From contig NC_057718.1 of the NCBI RefSeq assembly GCF_004010195.1, forward strand, positions 68,830,449 to 68,894,448: a stretch of 64,000 bases of DNA, written 5' to 3'. Source of the stretch: Chiloscyllium plagiosum (Eukaryota). A program made the translations under genes and the position numbers. Positions 38,105-50,330 of this stretch are shown here, piece by piece. Under the pieces are notes generated by a model. The model was not told where the DNA came from. It was given only the letters and a program-made list of their open reading frames with translations, and searched no databases. Positions within the stretch are counted from its first letter, which is position 1. The number at the start of each line of letters is the position of its first letter.

Positions 38105-39258
38105 TCCCCCCTGTATTCCATGAGATCTAACCTTGCTGATCAGTCTCCCATGGGGATCTCACAGAATATAGGGAGAACTAGCCATTTGGATACAGAACTG
38201 GATCAAAGGTGGAAGACAGAGGGTGGTGGTGGAGGGTTGTTTTTCAGACTGGAGGCCTGTGACCAGTGGAGTGCCACAAGGATCGGTGCTGGGCCCTCTA
38301 CTCTTTGTCATTCACATATATGATTTGGATGCGAGCATAAGTGGTACAGTTAGTAAGTTTGCAGATGACACCAAAATTGGAGGTGTAGTGGGCAGCAAAG
38401 AGGGTTACCTCAGATTAAAACAGGATCTGGACCAGATGGGCCAATGGGCTGAGAAATGGCAGATGGAGTTTAATTCCAATAAATGCAAGGTGCTGCATTT
38501 TGGGAAAGAAAATCTTAGCAGGACTTATACACTTAATGGTAAAGTTCTAGGGAGTGTTGCTGAACAAAGAGACCCTGGAGTGCAGGTTCATACCTCCTAG
38601 GAAGTGGAGTCACAGGTAGATAGGATACGGAAGAAGGCGTTTGGTATGCTTTCCTTTATCGGTCAGAGTATTGAGCACAGGAGTGGCGGTTGTACAGGAC
38701 ATTGGTTAGGCTACTGTTGGAATATTATGTGCAATTCTGGTCTCCTTCCTATCGGAAAGATGTTGTGAAAATTGAAAGGGTTCAGAAAAGATTTACAAGG
38801 ATGTTGCCAGGGTTGGAGGATTTGAGCTATAGGGAGAGGCTGAACAGGCTGGGGCTGTTTTCCCTGGAGCGTCGGAAGCTGAGGGGTGACCTTTGTAGAG
38901 GTTTACAAAATTGAGGGGCATGGATAGGATAAATAGACAAAGTCTTTTGCCTGGGGTCAGGGAATCCAGAACTAGAGGGCATAGGTTTAGGGTGAGAGGG
39001 GAAAGATATAAAACAGACCTACGGGGCAACTTTTTCACACAGAGGGACATGTATGCAATGAGCTGCCAAAGAAGTGATGGAGGCTGGTACAATTGCAACA
39101 TTTAAGAGGCGTTTGGATGATTATATGAATAGGATGGGTCTGGAGGGATATGGGCCGGGAGCTGGCAGGTGAGACTAAATTGGGTTGGGATATCAGGTCG
39201 GCATGGACGGGTTGGACCGAAGGGTCTGTTTCCATGCTGTACATCTCTATGACTCTGT
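38105..39258 (+). mobile_element. 5'-truncated CR1/HER1 LINE with short inverted 5' segment; adjacent older antisense CR1 at ~37600-38100
   Basis: GVPQGSVLGPLLF...SKFADDTKIGG and LEYYVQFWSP; tail ctctatgactct. Confidence 0.92.
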
Positions 39259-39989
39259 AAATTTTCTTTTTGAGGACGACCCATTAGGGTGGCCCTTGCC
39301 AAACAATATTTGTGTACAAGATTGTTGATAGTCATTTGGCAGTTTTAAGATCACCATTACTGACACTAACATTAAAAAAAATTCCAGCTGTATTAATTTG
39401 ACTCAAGTTCCTCATCAGCTATAGTGGGATTTTAGCGGTCTCTATTATTAATCCAGATCTCTATATTGCTTGTCAAGCCCCAACACCATAATTTCTAGGC
39501 TTTAACCTTACCTAACCTAGTGAGTACACGTCTGTGTTGTTGACATAGAATTTTATCAGGTATAATTATAGTCATATTACATGAAGACCACTGAAGAGTA
39601 TAAATTTCATAAAACACCTATATACTATTATTTTGACAGTAATAGTTGTGACATTGGACAGCAGAGGGCAGCAAGTTCTAACAGCTGAATTGTAAACCCT
39701 GGAGCCATAAATCCTGGCCCCTGACTGAGAAATGAGTTGGCAGTCTGCCCACCTGAAACCCTCGTGCCATGTGTCAATGTTATGTTGGGAGCAACCTCAA
39801 TTTTTTGTTTGGGACTTCTGGTCTCTTCTGGGAGGAAGTCCTGCCATAGAGCCATGCTGGCCTATCTGATTGGCCAACAATATTGTAATTGCAGCAATGC
39901 TAGGACTGAATAAAGACTGAATCTGGCCTTAAAGACAAGTATGGAAATTTGGACTGGCCCAGCTAGCACAGCCAAGCAAGGAGTGTGAG

Positions 39990-40105
39990 TGGTCATTGTA
40001 GGGGGAGGTTGGGGGTGTGTGGAATAAGGGGTCATTGCAAGGGGGAGATTGGGGGTGTGTGGAGTAAGGGGTCATTGCAAGGGGGAGAGGGGATGTGTGG
40101 AGGTG
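39990..40105 (+). repeat. G-rich ~39-bp tandem repeat, about 3 copies
   Basis: ggtcattg(t/c)a(a)gggggag(g/a)ttgggggtgtgtgga(a/g)taagg repeated. Confidence 0.8.
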
Positions 40106-42151
40106 TGGGAAATGGATGAATGCAAGTTTGAGAAAGCAATGTGTTTAAAGGGGAAGTGCAATCTTGGGTAGGTGTGAATTTGAACATGGAACTTCCCGAA
40201 AGCAATCTCCCACTTCTTTCTCAATACACCTCACTCTGAAAACTGCTGGGCTGCTCTCCTTGTCTCCATTTCCCCTGTTGCATATAAAATAATGGCAAAG
40301 GTGGAAGGAGGCCCTTTGACCATTAATTCTCCATTTAAGGTCCTTAATCGATTCAAGGTGGGTGGGTTGTCTGACGTCTCACCCACCACTTTAATATGCC
40401 TTCATGTACACCAACGGAAGGCTACAAAATTGAGCCCAATGTTTTGAGAGTAAATTAAAACCTGTTAAAGATTGTTTTCAATTCATTTTCTGTTATATGG
40501 AGGCTTATGTAACATTAATTTTATGACAAAGTCAGAGGTAAACCCTAAGTGTTCAGTTTTTTCCACGACAGCTCTATCACAAAGGTGGGGTTACACATTT
40601 TTCAGTGCCCCACACCTTGGTAAACTCCAAAGTCAGCTTTTGATTTTGAAGTTTTATGTTACAACAAATTCAACATTTTCCAAGACACAGCAAGGATCAG
40701 TACAGTTTGCACGCACAGATGGGAGAAGGCACACCCAGAGTGATGTACAGCCCAAGTGAGTGGTTGATATTGGAAATTTAGTGCACTGTGGGAGTTCAAC
40801 CAGTAAAGTCTTTCCATTCTTATTTTTTTTTTTAAGTTGCATGGTCTAGTTAAAAGATTAACAAGGAAACTGACTGAGGGATAGGTATCAGTCAAGCACC
40901 TGAAGCCCGAATAAAACCTCAGCAGATGATTGAAGCTTAAAAAACTTCAGGGGTCTGCTGATTGGGAAAACAAACCAAATCACTGACATCACAAGAAATT
41001 GGGCTGTTGATTTTAAAAAGATGTACTTTTTAGAAGAAAGGATTAACTGAAAAACAACATGAATAAATGAAAGTCCGGGCCAATATAGTTAAGGAATATA
41101 AGTAAGCAAAGTAGGGTAAGGGAACTACAGTTAACAGTATACTTAAATAAGTATAGATTTTTAAGAAAAGGGTACCCTCAGACTTAAAAAGTCCTGGTAT
41201 TTAATATGTGACCATAGGAAGTGGGAGTAGAAGTACAATCTCCCCACTCCCCCCCCCAACCGGCCTGTTGAACTCCTGCTTTAAATTCCACATTCCCATT
41301 TGTCCCTGGTAAAGTTCAATTTCCCCTATCTAACTAGAATCTGCTGGTATTCAAAATATTCAATAATCTGGCCACAATGCCTTCTGAGGTAGAGTTCCAA
41401 AGTTACACAATGCTCCAAAAGAGAGAGAATCTCCTCACCTCTGTCCTAAAAGGGCGACTCCTAATTCTAAAACAGTGCCTCCTGGTTCTGAAACACACAC
41501 ACAGTCTTACAATCAGATTCTCTCACCAAAACATACACTCACACATTAACATTTATTTTGTATTTCTACTGATTTGTTGGAAATGGAGAGAAAGTTGAGA
41601 ACATTAGTTTGGGATTTCCTGCTTTGACTCAAATTTGATTGGAAGTAGACATAATAAATTTCAATGCCAAATTTCAGAAATTGACTATTGATAAATTCGT
41701 AAAGATTGCCAATGAATGGTGTTGTGCAGTAAATAGGTACATCTTTAAAGAGATATGCTCACATTATCACAACATGTGACCTGATGGTATTAAGATCATA
41801 TACTACATCTTAACTTGGATCACTTGGAACAGGACATGCGAATGGAAGCACGTTTTCTCTGTAATTAGAAGGCACGATACTAGCACAGACATTCATGCCT
41901 GTGAATGTAATAATTGTATATAACAGCCAACTGTAATATATAACTTGAATTTTTCAATACCATGTTGTACAATCCTAGTTTCTTGTCTTATGAGAGACAT
42001 TATGAGCATAACATAAGATACTCTAGTGGAGGTAAAAGCTCAGTTTCCAATTTTCTCTGAGCAGTGAGTGGAGAAATAATCTGCTTTTTTTATTGCCTAT
42101 AGAAATGTTGACAATTTCTATTCATTGTTTGTCTCTCTGAACCAAATGTAG

Positions 42152-42377
42152 GAATCGCACTCTACATGTACATCTCAAGCAGTACCAAGTGAACTGCTCA
42201 GATTGGCTGCTGAAGGTGATCTGTGGTGCAGTAGAGATACGTACGGCCTATGCTACAGAAAAAAAGGCAAAGGCCTGCCTGATATCACGGCTCAGCTGCG
42301 AGCGAGCTGGCACCGGCTTCTTCGTAAGAGGAACTGATGATGATGGTCATGTGTCCAACTTTGTTGAAACAGAACAG
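42152..42377 (+). CDS. SYNJ2: SYNJ2-like coding exon (probably exon 4), Sac1 domain
   Basis: Acceptor tgtag|GAATCGC and donor CAG|gtatta; 226 bp, phase 2-0. Translates (W)[86 protein letters not shown] matches recalled SYNJ2 (SYNJ1 has GHVANF). Confidence 0.95.
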
Positions 42378-42870
42378 GTATTAAAGATATAAGAAAGACT
42401 CGCATATGTATAATAGCCTTTGTTATGAACCAGACCAAGCCCCCTCAGAATATAATAAGAAGGTTACCTAGACCCTAACTTTTTCTTAATTTACAGGCAA
42501 CTGCCTGGCGTTGCATTCCAGATGAAATCTAATTGGTCAAACCCCCAGTCTTGAAGCAAAACACCCTTGATTCTTACACTATAGTTAAAAGATAACAAAA
42601 GAAGAAAGAAATTGGAATAACTTAGCTCGATTGAAAAACTTAACAGGATAATTGTTTAAGTAAAAAAGTAACATTCCTTTCTAAAGGCAAATTCAATAAA
42701 GTAGATTGTTGAACATGCAATTCTAATAGCAGGAAGAGAACTCCCAACTTTTAGCTGTAATAGAGAGAAAAAAGTGCTTCCACGTCTAACTTAAAGACCC
42801 CAGCATCAACTGCTACTGAAAAACCAAAACTAAATGTCCTGGCTCTGAGGGAACTTGACCCCAATCATTC

Positions 42871-43457
42871 CTCTGGGACACCTCTGGGAACTTGCGGAAC
42901 GTTTCAGAGAACACCTCTGGGACACCCGGACCAACCAACCCAACCACCCCATGGCTTAACACTTCAACTCCCCCTCCCACTCCACCAAGGACATGCAGGT
43001 CCTTGGACTCCTCCATCGCCAGACCATAGCAACACGACGGCTGGAGGAAGAGCGCCTCATCTTCCGCCTAGGAACCCTCCAACCACAAGGGATGAACTCC
43101 GATTTCTCCAGTTTCCTCATTTCCCCTCCCCCCACCTTGTCTCAGTCAAATCCCTCGAACTCAGCACCGCTTTCCTAACCTGCAATCTTCTTCCTGACCT
43201 CTCCGCCCCCACCCCCACTCTGGCCTATCACCCTCACCTTGACCTCCTTCCACCTATCACATTTCCAATGCCCCTCCCCCAAGTCCCTCCTCCCTACCTT
43301 TTATCTTAGCCTGCTGGACACACTTTCCTCATTCCTGAAGAAGGGCTCATGCCCGAAACGTCGATTCTCCTGTTCCTTGGATGCTGCCTGACCTGCTGTG
43401 CTTTTCCAGCAACACATTTTCAGCTCTGATCTCCAGCATCTGCAGTCCTCACTTTCT
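42871..43457 (+). mobile_element. 5'-truncated Penelope-like element with 12-bp TSD; hammerhead at 43331-43366
   Basis: CCCCAATCATTC at 42859-42870 and 43458-43469; LAERFREHLWD...RRLEEERLIFRLGTLQPQGMN is the GIY-YIG C-terminus. Confidence 0.92.
43331..43366 (+). ncRNA. Minimal hammerhead ribozyme motif, identical to 33603-33638
   Basis: attcCTGAAGAagggctcatgcccGAAAcgtcgatt. Confidence 0.65.
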
Positions 43458-44969
43458 CCCCAATCATTCAGGTTACTTCTATTGTTCCAACTTCAAAAAA
43501 AGCCCTACAGCCTCACAAGCTGTTTACTTTAGTGACTTTGGAACAGACTGTTCAGTGCCTCTGTCCCAATCCTTCCTCATTTAAATAAAACTCTGAGAAA
43601 ATACATTTCTTAAAGCCATAGTATTGTCACACTTTCATGACTTCTAGCTCATGTTCTTCTGTTCACGCGTAGCCTAAATATCAGCATGGAGATGTTCAAC
43701 TCAATAGCCTTAAGTGTCATGTAACAAAATCCAACCCCAGAATTGCATTCTGCTGCACACAAAACTAAATTCTGGGTTTATTTCAAAGAACTGTTTAATT
43801 TGGTATAGCCAAACAAACTAGCTAAGAGGTGTGATATGATCAATAGCATGAGTGCACAAAAGTAGTGATTTACAAAATTCCTTTACATAAGAATGGTGTG
43901 AATTTATCAGCAGGAGAGGTTATTTGTTCATTTTTTATGCAATTATAATGAAGTGCAAGCTGTTAAGTAATATCAATTGAATATTGTATCTACCTTTATT
44001 ACAATAGCTTTTTTTCTGGTTAACTAGTGAAAACAACTGGTGAAACAATAATTGTGAATTTAGTAGAAATTACTGGAAAAGCTCAGTATGTCTGACAGCA
44101 TCCATGGAGAGAAATCTGAGTTAACCTTTCAAATCCAGTGGCCCTTCATTCTGATAGTGAGAGAAACATTGAGTTTTTCCAGCAATTTCTGTTTTTGTTT
44201 CTGATTTACAGCATCTGCAGTTCTTTTGGTTTTATTTGTTGTCCTGTCCCATTTTGTTTAAAGACAGCTCCTGAAGCTGGTATAAAGGTATGAAGTAATG
44301 GCTTCAAACTGTTTTGCTCAGAGATTCCTGTGATTGCTCGCTGACCTTAATGAAAATGAGACAAAACATTAGAGAGCAAGCAGGAGTGAACCACATGTCC
44401 ATTTTTTTAAAGATTCAGATGAACCTGGAGTGAATCCTAAACTTGTAGATTAAACAGAGATCCGATCTGAAATGAAATGCAGTTTGAGATGGATATGGTA
44501 GAAATTTGAACTTAGAAATTCAGCTGCAATTCGGCCTGTAAAGTGAACCTGCATTATTTATTCAGGTTGATACACTAGCAGCAGAGACCATGTCTTAAAC
44601 ATTAGGAGAAATGATTAAACTATTCAGACATTTACCAGTTCTTAAATTCTTCAGCTCTTTTGGCATGTATTGAATTCTCATAATCAAAAACACCACCCAA
44701 GAAGAAAGCCTCCCATACTTGAATGAATATGAAGTTGGGAGAAGCAGGGTACCTGCCTGACCTGTAAGAAAAGAATGTAAGCTGTGGCTGATTGCTACTA
44801 CCCTGTCCTCCCCACTGTTCTCACAGCACCCCTCAATGCATTCTATAAACTATTAGCTCAAAATGTTAAGCGTATTGAAATTGGGATAGATGTCTAACAT
44901 TCATTTCAAAAACAAAGGTGTGTTTTTTTCCATTTTAATCTGAGCTTCTCATTCTTTTCTGTTTTGCAG

Positions 44970-45053
44970 GTAATTTACTTGGATGATGCAGTGTCTTCCT
45001 TTGTCCAGATACGAGGTTCAGTCCCATTATTTTGGGAGCAGCCTGGAATACAG
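44970..45053 (+). CDS. SYNJ2: SYNJ2-like coding exon (probably exon 5), Sac1 domain
   Basis: Acceptor tctgttttgcag|GTAATT and donor CAG|gtaatt; 84 bp, phase 0-0. Translates [28 protein letters not shown], containing the Sac1 [10 protein letters not shown] motif. Absent from the ORF track. Confidence 0.95.
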
Positions 45054-45892
45054 GTAATTTATAGTACTAATTTAGTTTTACTTGTTCTAGACAAGGAATG
45101 CTCTGCAGAATAAACTAAAATACGGAGCATAGGTAGCAGCTTCATTTGATGATTTTTGATCATTGGATTAGGTAATTTGAATTAGAACTTTTGCAAAATT
45201 TGCAGCACCCCTATTCACACCAAGTTGGAATCCATTTCAATTATAATAATGCTAAAAATTAATATTTTTCACCTCACCCTCAAGTTCTGCATTATTTCAA
45301 ACATTTACGCATCACATTGACAGCTATTCAATCTTGACAGTTACATTTCCCAAACAATTCCTAGCATTCTCACTGATGCACTCCCCTTTGAATAGGAATT
45401 TATACATAAAGCAAAACAAGATTGCCATTGGGAGCAGCAGAATTTAATATCCTCTCCCCCATTGATGAGACAATACTGTCCACAAAGGAGAAAAAACAGA
45501 GCTGATGGTGCAGCAATGGGCAATTTAAGCGGACATCAAGCAAGAGTTGTATAGGCTTAATCGTTTTCATCTCTTCTCCCTCTTGGGCTGCAGACACTAA
45601 TTGTGGACACAAGTCCACAAGCTAATCCTGTCCCTTCTTCAATGCAACTTGTGATCAGATAAAATCCCTTAGCCAGTGCAGGAGGAGGATGAGAATGACA
45701 GTGCTGGTGCATTATCTGACTTTTGCAGCTATCAACTCAGATATTAATATTATTCATCTTTGAGAGGCGAAGGTAGAGGTGGGATTTGCACATGTGGTAG
45801 CTTATTTGGTACAAATATACAGGTATAAGGGTTGATGTATGCGGTAGTTTGCCTGATCTGGAGTACTGGGAGCAATTTTGGTCCCCTTGTAT

Positions 45893-47412
45893 AAGAGTGG
45901 ATAAATTCCCCAGGACCTGATTAGGTGTACCCAAGAACTCTGTGGGAAGCTAGAGAAGTGATTCCTGAGCCTCTTGCTGAGATATTTGTATCATCGATAG
46001 TCACAGGTGAGGTGCCGGAAGACTGGACGTTTGGCTAACGTGGTGCCACTGTTTAAGAAGGGTGATAAGGACAAGCCAGGGGACTATAGATCAGTGAGCC
46101 TGATGTTGGTGGTGGGCAAGTTGTTGGAGGGAATCCTGAGGGACAGGATGTACATATATGTGGAAAGGCAAGGACTGATTAGGGATAGTCAACATGGCTT
46201 TGTGCGTGGGAAATCATGTCTCACAAACTTGATTGAGTTTTTTGAAGAAGTAACAAAGAGGATTGATGAGGGCAGAGTGGTGGACGTGATCTATATGGTC
46301 TTCAGTAAGGCGTTCGACAAGGTTCCCCATGGGAGACTGATAAGCAAGGTCAGATCTCATGGAATACAGGGAGAACTAGCCATTTGGATACAGAACTGGC
46401 TCAAAGGTAGAAAACAGAGTGTGGTGGTGGAGGGTTGTTTTTCAGACTGGAGGCCTGTGACCAGTGGAGTGCCACAAGGATCGGTGCTGGGTCTTTTCGT
46501 CATTTATATAAGTGATTTGGATGTGAGCATTAGTGGTATAGTTAGTGAGTTGGAGGTGTAGTGGACAGCGAAGAAGGCTACCTCGGTTTATAACAGGATC
46601 TTGATGGGTCAAAGGGCTGAGAAGTGGCAGATGGAGTTTAATTCAGATAAATGTGAGGTGCTGCATTTTGGGAAAGCAAATTTTAGCACGCCTTATACAC
46701 TTAATGGTCAGGTCTTGGGGAGTGTTGCTGAATAAAGGGACCTTGGCGTGCAGGTTCATAGCTCCTTGAAAGTGGAGTAGCAGATAGATAAGATAGTGAA
46801 GAAGGCGTTTGGTATGCTTTCCTTTGTTGGTCTGAGTACTGAGTACAGAAGTTGAGAGGTGATGTTGCAGCTGTACAGGGCATTGGTTAGGCCACTTTTG
46901 GAGTATTATGTGCAATTCTGGTGTCCTTCCTGTGAGAAGGATGTTGTGAAACTTGAGGGGCTTCAGAAAAGATTTACAAGGATGTTGCCAGGGTTGGAGG
47001 ATTTGAGCTATTGGGAGAGGCTGAATAGACTAGGGCTGTTTTCCTGGAGCATCGAAGACTGAGGGGTGACCTTATAGAGGTTTATAAAATCATGAGGGGC
47101 ATGGATAGGATAAATAGACAAAGTATTTTCCATAGGGTGGGGGAGTACAGAACTAGAGGGCATAGGTTTAGGGCGAGAATGGAAAGATATAAAAAAGACC
47201 TAAAGGGCAGCTTTTTCACGCAGAGGGTGGTACGTGTATGGAATGAGCCATCAGAGGAAGTGGTGGAGGCTAGTACGTTTGCAACATTTAAAAGGCATTT
47301 GGATGGGTATATGAATAGGAAGTGTTTAGAAGGATATCGGCTGGGTGCTGGCAGGTGGGACAAGATTGGGTTGGGATATCTGGTCGGCATGGACAAGTTG
47401 GACTGAAGGGTT
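45893..47412 (+). mobile_element. 5'-truncated CR1/HER1 LINE (RT to 3' end)
   Basis: ORF 46007-46561 ANVVPLFKKG...QHGFVRGKSCLTNLIEFFEEVT...FSKAFDKVPHGRL...GVPQGSVLG, with downstream frameshifts. Confidence 0.93.
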
Positions 47413-47416
47413 TTTT

Positions 47417-47679
47417 TAGATTTTTTTTTAGATTACTTAGAGTGTGGAAACAGGCCCAACAAGTCTACGCCGACCAGCCAAAGCACAACCCACCCAGACC
47501 CATTCCCCTACATTTACCCCTTCACCTAACCCTATGGGCAATTTAGCATGGCCAATTCACCTAACCTGCACGTTTTTGGACTGTGGGAGGAAACCGGAGC
47601 ACCCGGAGGAAACCCACGCAGACATGGGGAGAATGTGCAAACTCCACACAGTCAGTCGCCTGAGGTGGGAATTGAACCC
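47417..47679 (-). mobile_element. HE1-like V-SINE (runs into gap); duplicated at 28997-29305
   Basis: Reverse-complement V-SINE body. Confidence 0.88.
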
Positions 47680-50004
47680 NNNNNNNNNNNNNNNNNNNNN
47701 NNNNNNNNNNNNNNNNNNNNNNNNNNNNNNNNNNNNNNNNNNNNNNNNNNNNNNNNNNNNNNNNNNNNNNNNNNNNNNNNNNNNNNNNNNNNNNNNNNNN
47801 NNNNNNNNNNNNNNNNNNNNNNNNNNNNNNNNNNNNNNNNNNNNNNNNNNNNNNNNNNNNNNNNNNNNNNNNNNNNNNNNNNNNNNNNNNNNNNNNNNNN
47901 NNNNNNNNNNNNNNNNNNNNNNNNNNNNNNNNNNNNNNNNNNNNNNNNNNNNNNNNNNNNNNNNNNNNNNNNNNNNNNNNNNNNNNNNNNNNNNNNNNNN
48001 NNNNNNNNNNNNNNNNNNNNNNNNNNNNNNNNNNNNNNNNNNNNNNNNNNNNNNNNNNNNNNNNNNNNNNNNNNNNNNNNNNNNNNNNNNNNNNNNNNNN
48101 NNNNNNNNNNNNNNNNNNNNNNNNNNNNNNNNNNNNNNNNNNNNNNNNNACTAGGTAACATCTTCAGTGGGCCTCAGGTGAAACACTGCTGATAATTCCT
48201 GTTTTCTATTTACATGTTTGGGTTTCTTTGGGTCTGGAACAAAACATCTGGAAATGAACCTTCCAGCTCAGCGAGCAAACCTACATCCAGAACCTCAACC
48301 TGAGCTACAAATCTTCTCAAAACTCACCACTGGGCTCCTCCATTTTTTTCTAATGAAGAATGAGTGATTAACCTGATCAACTGTGGAATTCACCATGATG
48401 GAGCATCTCAGAGCAAATCTAATAGCATTTGACAAGGCAGAAAATGCTGCCATGAAGGTTTAGACAACTGGAGTCTTGATTTTGGGTACCAGTGATAAAA
48501 GGAATTTTCAGGATGGTGCAAGAATGTTGTGCTCAGTTTTCCAATTGTAATGAAGTGTAGCTAGAATTGACTGTCTTGGAGGAAGATATACTGTCTTCTC
48601 CTCCTCTAGAGGGCCAAAGCCTGCTAATTACCACAGTAGTAGTGTTGCTGGTGTCTGTGAAACAACTAGCCCAGATAGCTATAACCAATGTAAAGATGAT
48701 ATAGTCTGGAGATGTACATTCCAAAATCAAAGGTCTTCATGGTTGTCCTCCAAGGCCTTCTGCATTATCTTTATTACTAGTTTAAAAAGCTTTCACTGCA
48801 TAAGCTAAACATTTGGGAAAATAACTCTGAGAAGTGACAGGAGAAGCTAATGACTACAAAGGGCAGGCAGTAAGGAAAGGCACAAGGATGATTTGTTTCA
48901 TTTTGTATAAAATGTAAACGTTATGTGCCAGAAATAGTTAAAAAGACTCATGGTGTTGCAACTTCAGCTGAGGACCTGACACATCATTAACTGTAAATAT
49001 TGTCTCACTTTGTTAGTCTTACAAAATAGTCTCGCCCTGTGATTCCATTTTGTTTAGGGAATGTAGTTATTAGTTTATCATTAAATCCATCATCTAAATT
49101 AATGCCTTCTCAATGAATGTGTAGATATTGTATTAACTGCAGTGAAGATATTGGTTATCAATCAACCTCTAAGGCACTGAAAATTAACTATTACAAGTTT
49201 TGAATTTTTAGTGAGAATTTACAAATGTTAAATTTTAATTTTGTTTGCCTTTTTAGTTTCTTTTTGTTGCTTTCTGGCCTCATGGTGTACCTCAAATGTT
49301 TTTTGACTTTTATTTGTAACCACATTCAAGGAGCAAAGGCAAAATGCAATCAAACAGATAAAGTAAGCCACTCAGTCTGAATGGGTGTGGCACGCACAAT
49401 GAGATAGATGATCTAAAGGCACAAATAGGGGCAAATGGTTATAAGATAGATCATAGATTTTTGAAGGACTGTGTTTATTAATGAAGTTTTGGAATATTAA
49501 AGCGAAAGATAGATGAGTAGGAGCCAAAGAAAACAATTCAATTCACCTACTAACTGGGTGATAAATCCTGAGGAAGTGCTTATGCCATATTTCTTCAGAC
49601 TGGACAAACTGATTTCATCTGACATTAGCTTGCTCATTTTTTACCACCTAACATTTTATGTCAGGCGAGGAGCTTTAAGTAGAAACTTTAACGATGGCAT
49701 TAGAGAAAACGAATGATAAAGTTAATTGTGTCATTTATGAGATATATAATGTTTATGAAACTCTTCATTCCAACCATTAGAACTTTGAATACTGAAGAAA
49801 CTGGGTGGTTGAGTGGATTATAATGAAAAAAGTGGAAATGTATCCAGGTTGTAGCACTCCTCCAAAACTGTCAATTGATTCCTGTTGAAAGATAAAGAGG
49901 AAAGAAATTGAATAAGGCCCATTAACTGTGTAAGGATCATGATGAACCAACGCACTTTGTCGTGATCAGGTAGCATGTAAGTTTCAAGTCTGTTGATGTA
50001 TATG

Positions 50005-50330
50005 GTAAAAACAATGAGTGCAGATGCTAGAAACCAGATTCTGGATTAGTGGTACTGGAAGAGCACAGCAGTTCAGGCAGCATCCAAGGAGCAGTAAAAT
50101 CGACGTTTCGGGCAAAAGCTCTTCATCAGGAATACAGGCAGAGAGCCTGAAGGGTGGAGAGATAAGTGACAGGAGGGTGGGAGTGGGGAGAAAGTAGCAT
50201 AGAATACAATAGGTGAGTGGGGAAGGGGATGGCCCTGGGGTTGAAGTGTTCCGAGGCGGAAGATGAGGCGTTCTTCCTCCAGCATCTGGTGGTGAGGGAG
50301 CGGTGGTGAAGGAGGCCCAGGACCTCCATG
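50005..50330 (-). mobile_element. Truncated Penelope-like element with 13-bp TSD; hammerhead at 50098-50133 (-)
   Basis: GTTGATGTATATG at 49992-50004 and 50331-50343; LEEERLIFRLGTLQPQG remnant. Confidence 0.88.

Noticed and set aside
42421..43631. Possible solo LTR (TGTTATG...GTCACA) hosting the PLE just after exon 4
   Set aside because: TG...CA ends are present but the flanks (cctt / cttt) are not an exact TSD and there is no second copy in the window; not enough support.
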